A stretch of 31,663 bases of DNA from Armatimonadota bacterium. Lineage in GTDB: Bacteria; Armatimonadota; Zipacnadia; Zipacnadales; UBA5352. A program made the position numbers and the translations under genes. Location: the NCBI GenBank assembly GCA_034722055.1, contig JAYENL010000186.1, forward strand, positions 1 through 31,663. The letters run 5' to 3'. The notes below the pieces were generated by a model that saw only the letters and a list, made by a program, of their open reading frames with translations, was not told where the DNA came from and made no database searches. The first letter of the stretch is position 1. The number at the start of each line of letters is the position of its first letter. This document shows, one piece after another, positions 12,091 through 21,193 of the stretch.

Positions 12091-12927
12091 ATGGACGTGA
12101 CCACCATTCCGGCCGAGGACCTCGGGAGGGGCTCGCCGATCCGCACGGAGGTGCTGGAGACCGACCAGGACCTCTACCACGACATGGCCCGCACCATGCT
12201 CAACAAGGTGGCCGAGAACGAGGAGCTTGGCAGGCCGACTGTGTTCATCCTGCCGGTGGGGCCCGTGGGGCAGTACAGGCGCATGGCTCGCATCTGCAAC
12301 CTGGAGCGCATCAGCCTCAGGAACCTGGTGTGCTTCAACATGGACGAGTATCTGGACGAGGACGGCAACTGGCTGCCCATCGACCACCCCCTCAGCTTCC
12401 GGGGGCACATGAGGCGCAGCTTTTTGGACCTGATGGACCCCGAGCTGGCGCCCGAGCCGGACAACGTTATCTTCCCTGACCCCAATGACCTCAGGGCCGT
12501 GCCGGAGAGGATGGAGGCGCTGGGCGGGGTGGACATCTGCTACGGCGGCATCGGCATCAACGGGCACATCGCCTTCAATGAGCCGCCCGAGCCGGGGGAG
12601 GAGATGTCCGTGGAGGAGTTCGCGGAGCTGCCCACGCGGGTGCTGGAGCTCTCGCGCGAGACGCGGACCATCAACTCGGTCACCGTGGCGGACGGGAACA
12701 TCGCCCTGATCCCGAGGCTGGCTGTGACGGTGGGCATGAAGGAGTGCCTGTCCGCGCGCGAGATCCGGCTCTACGCCAACCGGCCGTGGCAGCGGGCTGT
12801 TATCCGGCGGGTGCTGCACGGCGAGGTGACGTCGAAGGTTCCCTGCTCGCTGGTTCAGAACCATCCCAACGCGTCGTTGACCATGACCGAGTTCGTGTCC
12901 CAGCCGCCGCGGCGACGGCTGGCGTAG
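12091..12927 (+). CDS. Glucosamine-6-phosphate deaminase/isomerase family (NagB-like)
   Basis: FNMDEY and GGIGINGHIAFNEP motifs; ILPVGPVG replaces the usual L[AP]TGxTP; strong RBS. Confidence 0.85.
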   Translation: MDVTTIPAEDLGRGSPIRTEVLETDQDLYHDMARTMLNKVAENEELGRPTVFILPVGPVGQYRRMARICNLERISLRNLVCFNMDEYLDEDGNWLPIDHPLSFRGHMRRSFLDLMDPELAPEPDNVIFPDPNDLRAVPERMEALGGVDICYGGIGINGHIAFNEPPEPGEEMSVEEFAELPTRVLELSRETRTINSVTVADGNIALIPRLAVTVGMKECLSAREIRLYANRPWQRAVIRRVLHGEVTSKVPCSLVQNHPNASLTMTEFVSQPPRRRLA

Positions 12928-13108
12928 GGGCCTCGGCTGCGGGCGGAGGCTGCCGGTCGCGGGCCGGGCCGTGGCTGTTGACGGAGACACCGAGATGCGT
13001 GTTTCGCCCACGCCCGCAGTCGAGGACGGCAGTGGGGGCGGGTGCCGGGGGAGGGCGGGCTCGCGGCCGACCGACGATCTCAGATCGTAACCGGAGCATC
13101 GGTCCGCC

Positions 13109-13138
13109 TTTCCATCGCCCGCGGCGCTGTGCTATAAT
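13109..13138 (+). promoter_or_regulatory. Extended -10 promoter of aroF
   Basis: TGcTATAAT at 13130-13138; weak -35 (TTTCCA). Confidence 0.7.
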
Positions 13139-13181
13139 CGTCCACACCTGATAGCCACTGTCCGTACCCGAGGCGCTTCCC

Positions 13182-14198
13182 ATGGTCATCATCGTCGAGA
13201 CGGGCGCAGACGAACAGACGATCCAGAACCTGATCGATAAGGTGGACTCCCTGGGGTTTACCCCGCACCCCATCTATGGCGTGGAGAAGACGGTCATCGC
13301 TGTCATCGGGCGCAAGACCCAGGAGAAGATCGAGGTCCTGGAGACGATGCCCGGCGTGCAGCGGATCGTGCCCATCCTCCAGCCCTACAAGCTGGTGGGG
13401 CGGGAGGTGAAGGCCGAGTCCTCGGAGATCGAGATCGCCGAGGGCCTGACCATCGGGGGACAACGCTTCATTGTCATGGCGGGACCGTGCGCGGTGGAGA
13501 GCTACGAGCAGTTCCTGAACATCGCCCGCTACGTCAAGGAGGCGGGGGCGCAGGCGCTGCGCGGGGGGATCTTCAAGCCCCGGACATCGCCCCACGACTT
13601 CCAGGGCCTGCGCGAGGAGGGCATCCCCATTGCCAAGTCCGTGAAGCAGGAGGTAGGGCTCCCGTTCATCACCGAGGTGGTGGACGTGCGGGACATCGAG
13701 ATGCTGCACGAGGTGGCTGACATCTATCAGGTCGGCGCCCGGAACATGCAGAACTTCGGGCTGCTGCGGGAGCTGGGGCACGTGGAGCGGCCGGTGATGC
13801 TCAAGCGCGGGATGAGCGCGACCGTGGAGGACCTGCTCCAGGCCGCGGAGTACGTGGTGGTGGAGGGGAACGATGATGTGATGCTGTGCGAGCGTGGCAT
13901 CCGGACCTTCGCGACGCAGACGCGGAGTACCCTCGATATCTCGGCGGTGGTGGCCCTCAAGCGCCTCAGCCACCTGCCGGTGGTGGTGGATCCCAGCCAC
14001 GCCTCCGGCAAGGACTGGATGGTGCCGGCGCTGAGCAAGGCCGCGGTGGCCGCCGGTGCCGACGGCCTGCTGGTTGAGACGCACTGGCACCCGCAGGAGG
14101 CGCTGGTGGACGGCCACCAGTCGCTGACGCCGTCGGTCTTCCGGGGTCTGATGGAGGAGCTGCCTGCCTTCTGCGAGGCGGCCGGCCGGACGCTGTAG
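13182..14198 (+). CDS. aroF: DAHP synthase, type I-beta, with N-terminal regulatory domain
   Basis: AGPCAVES, FKPRTSP, GARNMQNF, LKRG, CERGIRTF, DPSH motifs. Confidence 0.95.
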   Translation: MVIIVETGADEQTIQNLIDKVDSLGFTPHPIYGVEKTVIAVIGRKTQEKIEVLETMPGVQRIVPILQPYKLVGREVKAESSEIEIAEGLTIGGQRFIVMAGPCAVESYEQFLNIARYVKEAGAQALRGGIFKPRTSPHDFQGLREEGIPIAKSVKQEVGLPFITEVVDVRDIEMLHEVADIYQVGARNMQNFGLLRELGHVERPVMLKRGMSATVEDLLQAAEYVVVEGNDDVMLCERGIRTFATQTRSTLDISAVVALKRLSHLPVVVDPSHASGKDWMVPALSKAAVAAGADGLLVETHWHPQEALVDGHQSLTPSVFRGLMEELPAFCEAAGRTL

Positions 14199-14304
14199 CA
14201 CAGGCCACCGAATGGTGGGCTCTGACCGGCGGACGAGGGGCCTGCCGGGCTGATGTGTGCTCCCGCGCGAGGATACAATCGAGTACCCTGAGAGGAGCCT
14301 GGGA

Positions 14305-15192
14305 TTGCCGCACGATGACGGGAGATCAAGCGGCCGGCCGGGGCCGGTGCCCGATTGGCTGAAGATAAAGACCGGGAAGGCGGACCTGGCGCGCGAGACG
14401 CGCTCTCTCGTACATGACTGCGGTGTGCACACCGTGTGCCAGGAGGCCATGTGTCCCAACATCGGGGAGTGCTTCAGCAGGGGGACCGCCACCTTCATGA
14501 TCCTCGGCGACACCTGCACCCGCACCTGCCGGTTCTGCGCGGTGCAGCACGGGCAGCCGGGGGCGCCCGATGCGAGGGAGCCGGAGAGGGTCGCCGAGGC
14601 CGCCGCCCGGCTGGGGCTGGACTTCGTTGTGCTGACCTGCGTCACCCGCGACGACCTGCCCGACGGTGGGGCCGGGCAGTTCGTTGCGACCATGAGGGCG
14701 CTGCGCCGCCGACTGCCCGGCGCGGGCATCGAGGTGCTCACCAGCGACTTCCGCGGTCAGGTGGCGCCGCTGGAGACGGTCCTGGCGGAGCGGCCGACCG
14801 TGTTCAACCACAACCTCGAGACAGTGCGGCGCCTGCAGCCGACGGTCCGGCCGCAGGCGGACTACGACCGGTCCCTGGGAGTGCTGCGACACGCCGCGGA
14901 GATGGGTTCGGAGGCCATCATCAAGTCGGGCCTGATCGTCGGAATGGGGGAGAGTGAGGAGGAGGTGGGCCAGGCTCTGGGGGATCTGGCGGAGGTCGGC
15001 TGCAGCGTGGTGACCATCGGCCAGTACCTGCGGCCGTCGCCGAGGCACCTGCCCATCGACCGCTACGTCACGCCTGAGGAGTTCGCCCGCTACGAGGAGA
15101 TGGGTCTGGAGCGGGGCCTGCGCCGCGTGATCAGCGGCCCGTTCGTGCGCAGCAGCTATCACGCCCGCGAGACGGCCGCGGCCCTGAGTTGA
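14305..15192 (+). CDS. lipA: Lipoyl synthase
   Basis: CX4CX5C ([12 protein letters not shown]), CX3CX2C (CTRTCRFC), RSSY; GAGGAG 7 nt before TTG 14305 (ORF is open from 14257). Confidence 0.96.
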   Translation: MPHDDGRSSGRPGPVPDWLKIKTGKADLARETRSLVHDCGVHTVCQEAMCPNIGECFSRGTATFMILGDTCTRTCRFCAVQHGQPGAPDAREPERVAEAAARLGLDFVVLTCVTRDDLPDGGAGQFVATMRALRRRLPGAGIEVLTSDFRGQVAPLETVLAERPTVFNHNLETVRRLQPTVRPQADYDRSLGVLRHAAEMGSEAIIKSGLIVGMGESEEEVGQALGDLAEVGCSVVTIGQYLRPSPRHLPIDRYVTPEEFARYEEMGLERGLRRVISGPFVRSSYHARETAAALS

Positions 15193-15248
15193 GACCACGT
15201 GCCGAATGATTCTGACGCAGAGCGGAGCATCTTGCGCCTGGGCAGATT

Positions 15249-18200
15249 ATGACGAAGCGTCTACTGACACTCGTGCTGCTGCTGGCGGCGACCATCGCCC
15301 TGCTCGCGGAGGCAGGGCGCTCGGTCACGACGCCCCAGGACCGGTGGCGGGAGTGGCTGCAACTGCTGACGGCCCAGCAGATCGCGGACACGCTCGGGCG
15401 GCAGGTGCGGCTGGGGCCGGTCAGCGACCTGGGCCTGGACGGCGTGGAGGTTACCGACCTGGCAGTGGCTGGCGGAACGTCGCTGGCTGAGGGCGCAGTG
15501 ATGCGCGCGGACCGCATACGCATCGACTTCGACCTGGTGGGCATGGCGCGGGGGGAGGTGGCGCCGGCGGCGGGCATCGACCGCGTCCGGGTCGAGGGCG
15601 CGTGGCTGCACGCCATCCGCGACGAGGCGGGGGAGCTGAACCTGCAGAAGATACTGCCGGAGGCGAAGCCCGCGCCGCCGGAGGAGCGCTTCCGGGGCGT
15701 GGTGGAGGTCGCGGACTCCGCGGTAGTCTACGAGGATTACGCAGTGCCCACGGCCCGTGGCGGACCCCTGAATCTGGAGCTGGTGGAGATCGACGCCGAG
15801 GTGGACATGCGGCGGCTGGGGTGGGCGCGGATCGAGGCCACGGGCCGCGAGCGGCTGGGGAAGGTCGGCAGCGTTGACCTGCTGGCGGACGTGGAGACGG
15901 ACAGCGGCTTCGCGTGGGCGCAGGCCAGCATCGACGGCATCGACGCGGCCTGGTGGTACGCGACCTTCGCGCCCACGCAGGACGTGGTGGTGGAGCGGGC
16001 GTGGCTGTCGGTGGACGCCTCAGTGGGCGTGATGCCCGGCGACGACGGGCAGATCGAGCCGTCGGTGTCGGGGCAGGTGCGCCTGCGCGACGCGGCAGTC
16101 CGGGTTGGCCCGTTGGGCGGCCGGCGGGTGGAGGCCGAGGCCGACGCCACCGTGACAACGGATGGCGTGGAGGTGCACTGGCTGCGCGCTCACAGCGGGG
16201 GCACTCGGGTGGAGGCCAGCGGGTTCGTGGGGGATCCCCAGGACCCGGTGGTGGACCTGACCTTCGATGGTGAGGTGCTGCGCCCCGAGGAGCTGCTGGC
16301 GCTGGCACCGCCGGAGGTGGCGCTGCCCGAGCAGGTCGAGAACGCGTCCATCGCCGGGCCGCTGCTGCTCTCGGGCCGGCTGACGGGGCCCATGGCGGCC
16401 GCGAACGTCAGCGCCCAGGTGGCGGTGCCCGGCGAGCTGCGCTACGCCAGCGCGGAGGTGGGGGAGTTCACCGCCGGACCGGTGGACCTGCGGGTCGATG
16501 TGCTGGACCTGTCGTCCCCGAACGTGCGTGGGCGCGCCGATATGGGCGAGGTAGTCCCGGTGGATACGCGCCCCCTGCAGGCCATGCTGCCCGAGGACGT
16601 GCGGAGGCCGGTAACGATCGCTCCACTCGAGAACGTTACGGCCGACGTGCTGTGGTCGGCGGAGACGCCCGTGGCTCAGACGCAGATCGCCCTGCCCCGA
16701 GCGGCGCTGGGGGAGATAGCCGTCGAGAATCTCAGCGCGAACGTGGCGATGGCGGGCGGTCTGCTGCGCGTCAGCGACATCTACGCAGAGCCGCTGGGGG
16801 CGACGCTCACCGCGGACGCCGTGGTGGGCGTGATGGGCGAGGACGCGCCGTGGGCGTATCTGGAGGGCGAGCTTGCCGACCTGGACCTGAGCCGGCTGCG
16901 AAAGCTGCCGGGCCTGGAGGCCACCGAGGGCCTGTCCGGGACGCTGTTCAGCAAGCTGGCGGGCACCTACGATGCGGATGGGCCGGAGGTCGTGGCGCAC
17001 GCGCTTCTCGCCCGGCCGGCGTGGCAGCAGTACGGTGCGGAGTCGCTGCGGGGGCTGGTCATCGTTGATGAGAACGCGGTGCAGGTCCGGGGGGCGAGCT
17101 TCCAGGATCGGCTGGGGGTGGGCTGGGCGCGAGGGGTGCTGCCCTTCGAGGGCGAGATGGCGGCCAGCTTCGCGGTGGCAGGGGTGGACCTGTCGCAGGT
17201 GGCGGAGCGGTTCGATCTGGAGGGGGTGGAGGACCTCCGGGGGGAGGGCTTCGTCTCCGGCGATGTCAGCGGGACGCTGCAGAGGCCTGCGGTCGATGCC
17301 ACCGTGCGGGCCTTCGGCGCCGGCTGGCAGGACTACGGCGTGGACGGGATGATCGCGGACATCAGCGGCGGGCTGGAGGAGGTACGGATCGAGCGGCTGT
17401 ACGCCTCCACCGGCCGGATCGTGGCGCGGGTCGAGGGCGAGCTGACTGAGATCGACCTGGAGGAGCGGGACGCGCGGCTGGGAGGCTCGGTGGTCGTGGG
17501 GGGGCCTGTGGACCGTCATGCGCTGGAGCTGGCGGAGCTGCAGGAGCGGGACATCACCGGGGCGGTGCGCGCCGAGATCGGCATTGGCGGGACGCTGAGC
17601 CGGCCTCTCGGGCGGGGGAAGCTGTACCTGGATTTCGCACGCCACGAGCGGATCGCCACCGACGACGCGGTCGCAACCATCACGCTGCACGGCGATACGC
17701 TGGAGATGGACGAGCTGCACCTGCCGATGGGCGAGGCTCTGGTGACCGGCCAGGCCAGCGTCATCCTCCACGACACGCCCATCGTCTCGGCGACTGTCAC
17801 CGCCGACAACGTAATGCTGCAGGATCTGGCGCCGCTGCAGGAGCTGGGGCTGCCGCTGAGCGGGCGGGTGGACCTGCCCTATCTGAGCCTGGAGGGCCCC
17901 GCGGACAATCTCAGGGGGCTGGGGCAGGTGGAGGCCACCGACGTGGTGCTGGGGACCGAGCGGATCGGAGCGGTCTCCGCAGTGGCGGCGCTGGATAAGA
18001 ACGCAATCCTGCTGCAGCCCACATCAGTGGCTCTGGCGGGCGGCACGCTGGACGTGGAGGGGCGGATGCGTCTGGATGAGCGGCGCATCCTGCCCTCGCG
18101 GATTGAGTTGGACGGGGTGTCGATCGCGAGACTCCTGCGGGTCGGAGTCCCCATCGCCAGGACCTTCGCGGACGCTCCTGCGGAGGAGCTGGCGGAGGGT

Positions 18201-20486
18201 CAGAGGCCGCTGTCGCGCCGGCTCGCCGCCCTGTCGATGCGCCTCGGCGGAGTGCTGGGCGGGAGCCTGACCGCGGAGGGCGTGCTGCCGGAGATCCCCG
18301 AGGGGGCCGGTAGCCAGGAGGCCGCCCGGAGGGTCCTGGAGGGGCTGTCGGGCGAGGTGAACCTGTCCGTCCAGGAGGCCACGTTCGACCGTAAGCCTCT
18401 GCCGGCCACCTCCGTGCAGGCGCGCGTGGGCGAGGAGCCCATGGTGGAGCTGTCGCTGAGGGCCAGCGAGGGCGATGCCCTGATCACCGCCGACGGCTCC
18501 TGGCGGCCGGATGGCGCCATCGACATGCTGGCGGAGGTCTCCGGGCTGGATCTCAGCCGGCTTCGCCCCTGGATGCCCCCGGGAGTGCCGTCTATGGGTG
18601 GGGGGCTGAACCTGACGGTGCTGGCAGAGGGCTCGGTGGACCGGCCGGAGGTGACCGGCTCGGTGGACATCATCGAGCCGGAGGTGCATGGCGCGCGCTT
18701 CGACCTGGTCAGCGCACCCATCATCCGCTACGATGCTCGCACGCTGAACATTGAGGACCTGGTCATCCGGGAGAGCGAGGAGGAGATCTACGTCACGGGT
18801 CACCTGCCCTTTGACTGGGAGACCAAGAGCGTGCCGCCCGACGGTCCGCTGGCGCTGGAGGCGGAGGCGAAGGGCACCGACCTGGGCATCTTCCCGCCCA
18901 TTATCGCCGATGCGCTGGCCGGCGCCGGGGAGGAGCCGGGGCCGATCGGTGACGTGGAGCCCACCGGGACGCTGGACGCCATGGTGTCGATCGGCGGCAC
19001 GCCACAGCAGCCGGAGCTGAATGGCACTGTGGAGGTAACAGCGCCCAGCATCCAGACGCCGTGGCTGACCAGCCCCATCGAGGACCTGGCCGTGAAGACG
19101 GAGCTCACCGGCGGGCAGGGGGTCACCGAGGTAAAGCTGGCCCGGCTGGCCGCCCGGGCAGAGAGCACCACGCTGGAGGCCGATGGCGAGGCGACGCTGT
19201 CGCAGTATGAACTCTCTCGCCTGCATGAGAATCGGTTCGACCTGAGGGCCAGCATCTCCGCGCCCCGGCAGACCTTCGCCGCTGGGCTGGTGGGGCGGCA
19301 GGTGCGCGGCACGGTGACCATGACGACCGCCGAGCCCGGCCGCCAGCTCGTAACGATTGAGGACCTGGGTGCGAACTTTGGTGATGGGAGCCTGACGGTG
19401 AACGGGACAGTTGGGCTGACCAGCTTCGAGCCATCGAGTCTGGCGGGCAACGACTTCGACGTCACCATCCGGGCCGCCAAGGCTCGGCCGCGCTACTCGA
19501 ACCTGTTCCTGGGCACCATCAACGGGACCATCACAGCCCGGAACCCGGAGCCGGATCAGCCCGTTCAGATCACCGGCGGCATGGAGGTCTCCCACGCGGT
19601 GCTGGGCGTGCCCAGGCCGGGGGGCGGGGCGGGCGAAGGGGAGCTGCAGGGCATGTCGGCGGACTTCCCGGCACCGGAGCTCGATGTGCGGCTGGCGATC
19701 GGGCCTGACGTGCGGGTGAGGACCACGGGCATGGCAGCGCCACTGCAGCCCACCGACCGAGCTGTGCAGATGCGGGGAACGCCGCAGCGCCCCGTGGTGC
19801 AGGGCCTCATCGAGGTCCAGGAGGGAGAGGCCAGCATACCAGGCGGGGTGCTTGACATCGAGACGGGCGGGGTGCACTTCCTGCTGGCATCGAGGCTGGG
19901 CACGCGGGGACGCAAGCCCCCGGTGCCGCTGGATCTGGAGGGGCGGGTGTGGGCCACGGCCACGCGGCGGATCGAGCAGGCCATGATCGACGGCCGCCAG
20001 ATGGGGCCCATCGACATCGATATGGAGGTCTCCGGCACGCTGCCCGACAACGTTCACGTGCAGGCGTCCTCCTCACCGCCACTGGCGGAGGAGCAGATCT
20101 ATGCGCTGCTGGGGATGGCGCCCTTCCAGGTGGCTGCGGGGGCGGAGGCGGCCGGCCTGCAGGATGTGATGACCGAGCAGTTCGTGACCGCCCTGGGGGC
20201 GGCCTTCCGCCACTACGTGTTCCAGCCCTTCCAGGAGGAGCTCAAGCAGCTTCTGGGGCTCTCGGTGCTGGAGGTGAGCTTCGCCTTCAACCAGCCCGTC
20301 TCGGTGCGACTGGGCGGTTATGTGGTGGAGGACCTGCTGGTCAACTACAGGACCTCGGTCACCGGCGGGACGGAGACCTATGATGTGGGGGTCTCCTACA
20401 AGGTGGACCGGCGTTACGAGGTGAGTTATCGGACCGACGAGACCGGCGACAACCGCATGTTTGTGGAGTACGTATACCAATTCTGA
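15249..20486 (+). CDS. tamB: TamB/AsmA-like bridge protein (1745 aa)
   Basis: N-terminal membrane anchor; repeated beta-rich segments (GTLxxPxxxG type); DUF490-like C-terminus SSSPPLAEEQIYALL...VEYVYQF; adjacent to an Omp85 gene. Confidence 0.8.
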   Translation: MTKRLLTLVLLLAATIALLAEAGRSVTTPQDRWREWLQLLTAQQIADTLGRQVRLGPVSDLGLDGVEVTDLAVAGGTSLAEGAVMRADRIRIDFDLVGMARGEVAPAAGIDRVRVEGAWLHAIRDEAGELNLQKILPEAKPAPPEERFRGVVEVADSAVVYEDYAVPTARGGPLNLELVEIDAEVDMRRLGWARIEATGRERLGKVGSVDLLADVETDSGFAWAQASIDGIDAAWWYATFAPTQDVVVERAWLSVDASVGVMPGDDGQIEPSVSGQVRLRDAAVRVGPLGGRRVEAEADATVTTDGVEVHWLRAHSGGTRVEASGFVGDPQDPVVDLTFDGEVLRPEELLALAPPEVALPEQVENASIAGPLLLSGRLTGPMAAANVSAQVAVPGELRYASAEVGEFTAGPVDLRVDVLDLSSPNVRGRADMGEVVPVDTRPLQAMLPEDVRRPVTIAPLENVTADVLWSAETPVAQTQIALPRAALGEIAVENLSANVAMAGGLLRVSDIYAEPLGATLTADAVVGVMGEDAPWAYLEGELADLDLSRLRKLPGLEATEGLSGTLFSKLAGTYDADGPEVVAHALLARPAWQQYGAESLRGLVIVDENAVQVRGASFQDRLGVGWARGVLPFEGEMAASFAVAGVDLSQVAERFDLEGVEDLRGEGFVSGDVSGTLQRPAVDATVRAFGAGWQDYGVDGMIADISGGLEEVRIERLYASTGRIVARVEGELTEIDLEERDARLGGSVVVGGPVDRHALELAELQERDITGAVRAEIGIGGTLSRPLGRGKLYLDFARHERIATDDAVATITLHGDTLEMDELHLPMGEALVTGQASVILHDTPIVSATVTADNVMLQDLAPLQELGLPLSGRVDLPYLSLEGPADNLRGLGQVEATDVVLGTERIGAVSAVAALDKNAILLQPTSVALAGGTLDVEGRMRLDERRILPSRIELDGVSIARLLRVGVPIARTFADAPAEELAEGQRPLSRRLAALSMRLGGVLGGSLTAEGVLPEIPEGAGSQEAARRVLEGLSGEVNLSVQEATFDRKPLPATSVQARVGEEPMVELSLRASEGDALITADGSWRPDGAIDMLAEVSGLDLSRLRPWMPPGVPSMGGGLNLTVLAEGSVDRPEVTGSVDIIEPEVHGARFDLVSAPIIRYDARTLNIEDLVIRESEEEIYVTGHLPFDWETKSVPPDGPLALEAEAKGTDLGIFPPIIADALAGAGEEPGPIGDVEPTGTLDAMVSIGGTPQQPELNGTVEVTAPSIQTPWLTSPIEDLAVKTELTGGQGVTEVKLARLAARAESTTLEADGEATLSQYELSRLHENRFDLRASISAPRQTFAAGLVGRQVRGTVTMTTAEPGRQLVTIEDLGANFGDGSLTVNGTVGLTSFEPSSLAGNDFDVTIRAAKARPRYSNLFLGTINGTITARNPEPDQPVQITGGMEVSHAVLGVPRPGGGAGEGELQGMSADFPAPELDVRLAIGPDVRVRTTGMAAPLQPTDRAVQMRGTPQRPVVQGLIEVQEGEASIPGGVLDIETGGVHFLLASRLGTRGRKPPVPLDLEGRVWATATRRIEQAMIDGRQMGPIDIDMEVSGTLPDNVHVQASSSPPLAEEQIYALLGMAPFQVAAGAEAAGLQDVMTEQFVTALGAAFRHYVFQPFQEELKQLLGLSVLEVSFAFNQPVSVRLGGYVVEDLLVNYRTSVTGGTETYDVGVSYKVDRRYEVSYRTDETGDNRMFVEYVYQF

Positions 20487-20513
20487 GCCACGCCTGCAGC
20501 GCGGGCGGGACGC

Positions 20514-20543
20514 GCAACTGGTCAGGGGGTGCGCTGTCTAAGT
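20514..20543 (+). promoter_or_regulatory. Putative ECF-sigma autoregulatory promoter
   Basis: GCAACT-16 bp-GTCTAA directly upstream of the ECF gene; near-twin at 23185. Confidence 0.65.
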
Positions 20544-20583
20544 GAACGGCAACGAGCCAGCCCATGCGCCTGGAGAGGCCGGC

Positions 20584-21162
20584 ATGCATGGTGCTGGCAG
20601 TCGTGCCAGCGGCCGGGCTCGCCCGCCCTTCACGCAGGTGGTGGCGGAGAACTACGAGCGCATCTACAATGTCGTCTACCGGCTGGTGAGCGACGAGGAG
20701 GTGGCCGCCGACCTGACGCAGGACACCTTCGTGGCCGCCTATAGGGCCTACGACCGGTTCCGGCACGAGGCGTCGGCCTACACCTGGCTGTATCGGATTG
20801 CCGTCAACCTCACCAAGAACCGCTTCGAGAAGCAGCAGCGCATGGACGGGCGGGAGGCCTACTCGCTCGACGAGCCGGTGCAGTTCGACAGCGATGAGGT
20901 CAGCCGCCAGGTGGAGGACTGGGCGCTGTCGCCCGAGCGGGTGGCCGAGAACGACCAGCTTCGAGAGATCGTGCTGAGTGAGGTCCGAGCCCTGAAGTAC
21001 GACTACCGGGAGGTGGTCGTGCTGCGGGACCTGGAGGGGCTGCGCTACAAGGAGATCGCACAGGTCCTGGGGTGCAGCGTGGAGGCTGTCAAGAGCCGAC
21101 TGTTTCGCGCCCGCAGCGTGCTTCGCGAGCGGCTGGAGGAGCTGCTGGAGGAGATTCCGTAG
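20584..21162 (+). CDS. ECF sigma-70 factor (RpoE/SigW-like)
   Basis: Region 2 DLTQDTF...TWLYRIAVN; region 4 LRDLEGLRYKEIA...VKSRLFRAR. ATG 20584 with GGAGAGG is preferred over GTG 20542, which abuts the putative -10. Confidence 0.92.
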   Translation: MHGAGSRASGRARPPFTQVVAENYERIYNVVYRLVSDEEVAADLTQDTFVAAYRAYDRFRHEASAYTWLYRIAVNLTKNRFEKQQRMDGREAYSLDEPVQFDSDEVSRQVEDWALSPERVAENDQLREIVLSEVRALKYDYREVVVLRDLEGLRYKEIAQVLGCSVEAVKSRLFRARSVLRERLEELLEEIP

Positions 21163-21193
21163 CGGCGGCGGGCGCCGCAATGAGGAGCAGGCG

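Noticed and set aside
11481..12146. ORF with SAISYQLSA-like repeats
   Set aside because: Translation of the heptamer array, overlapping real genes on the other strand.
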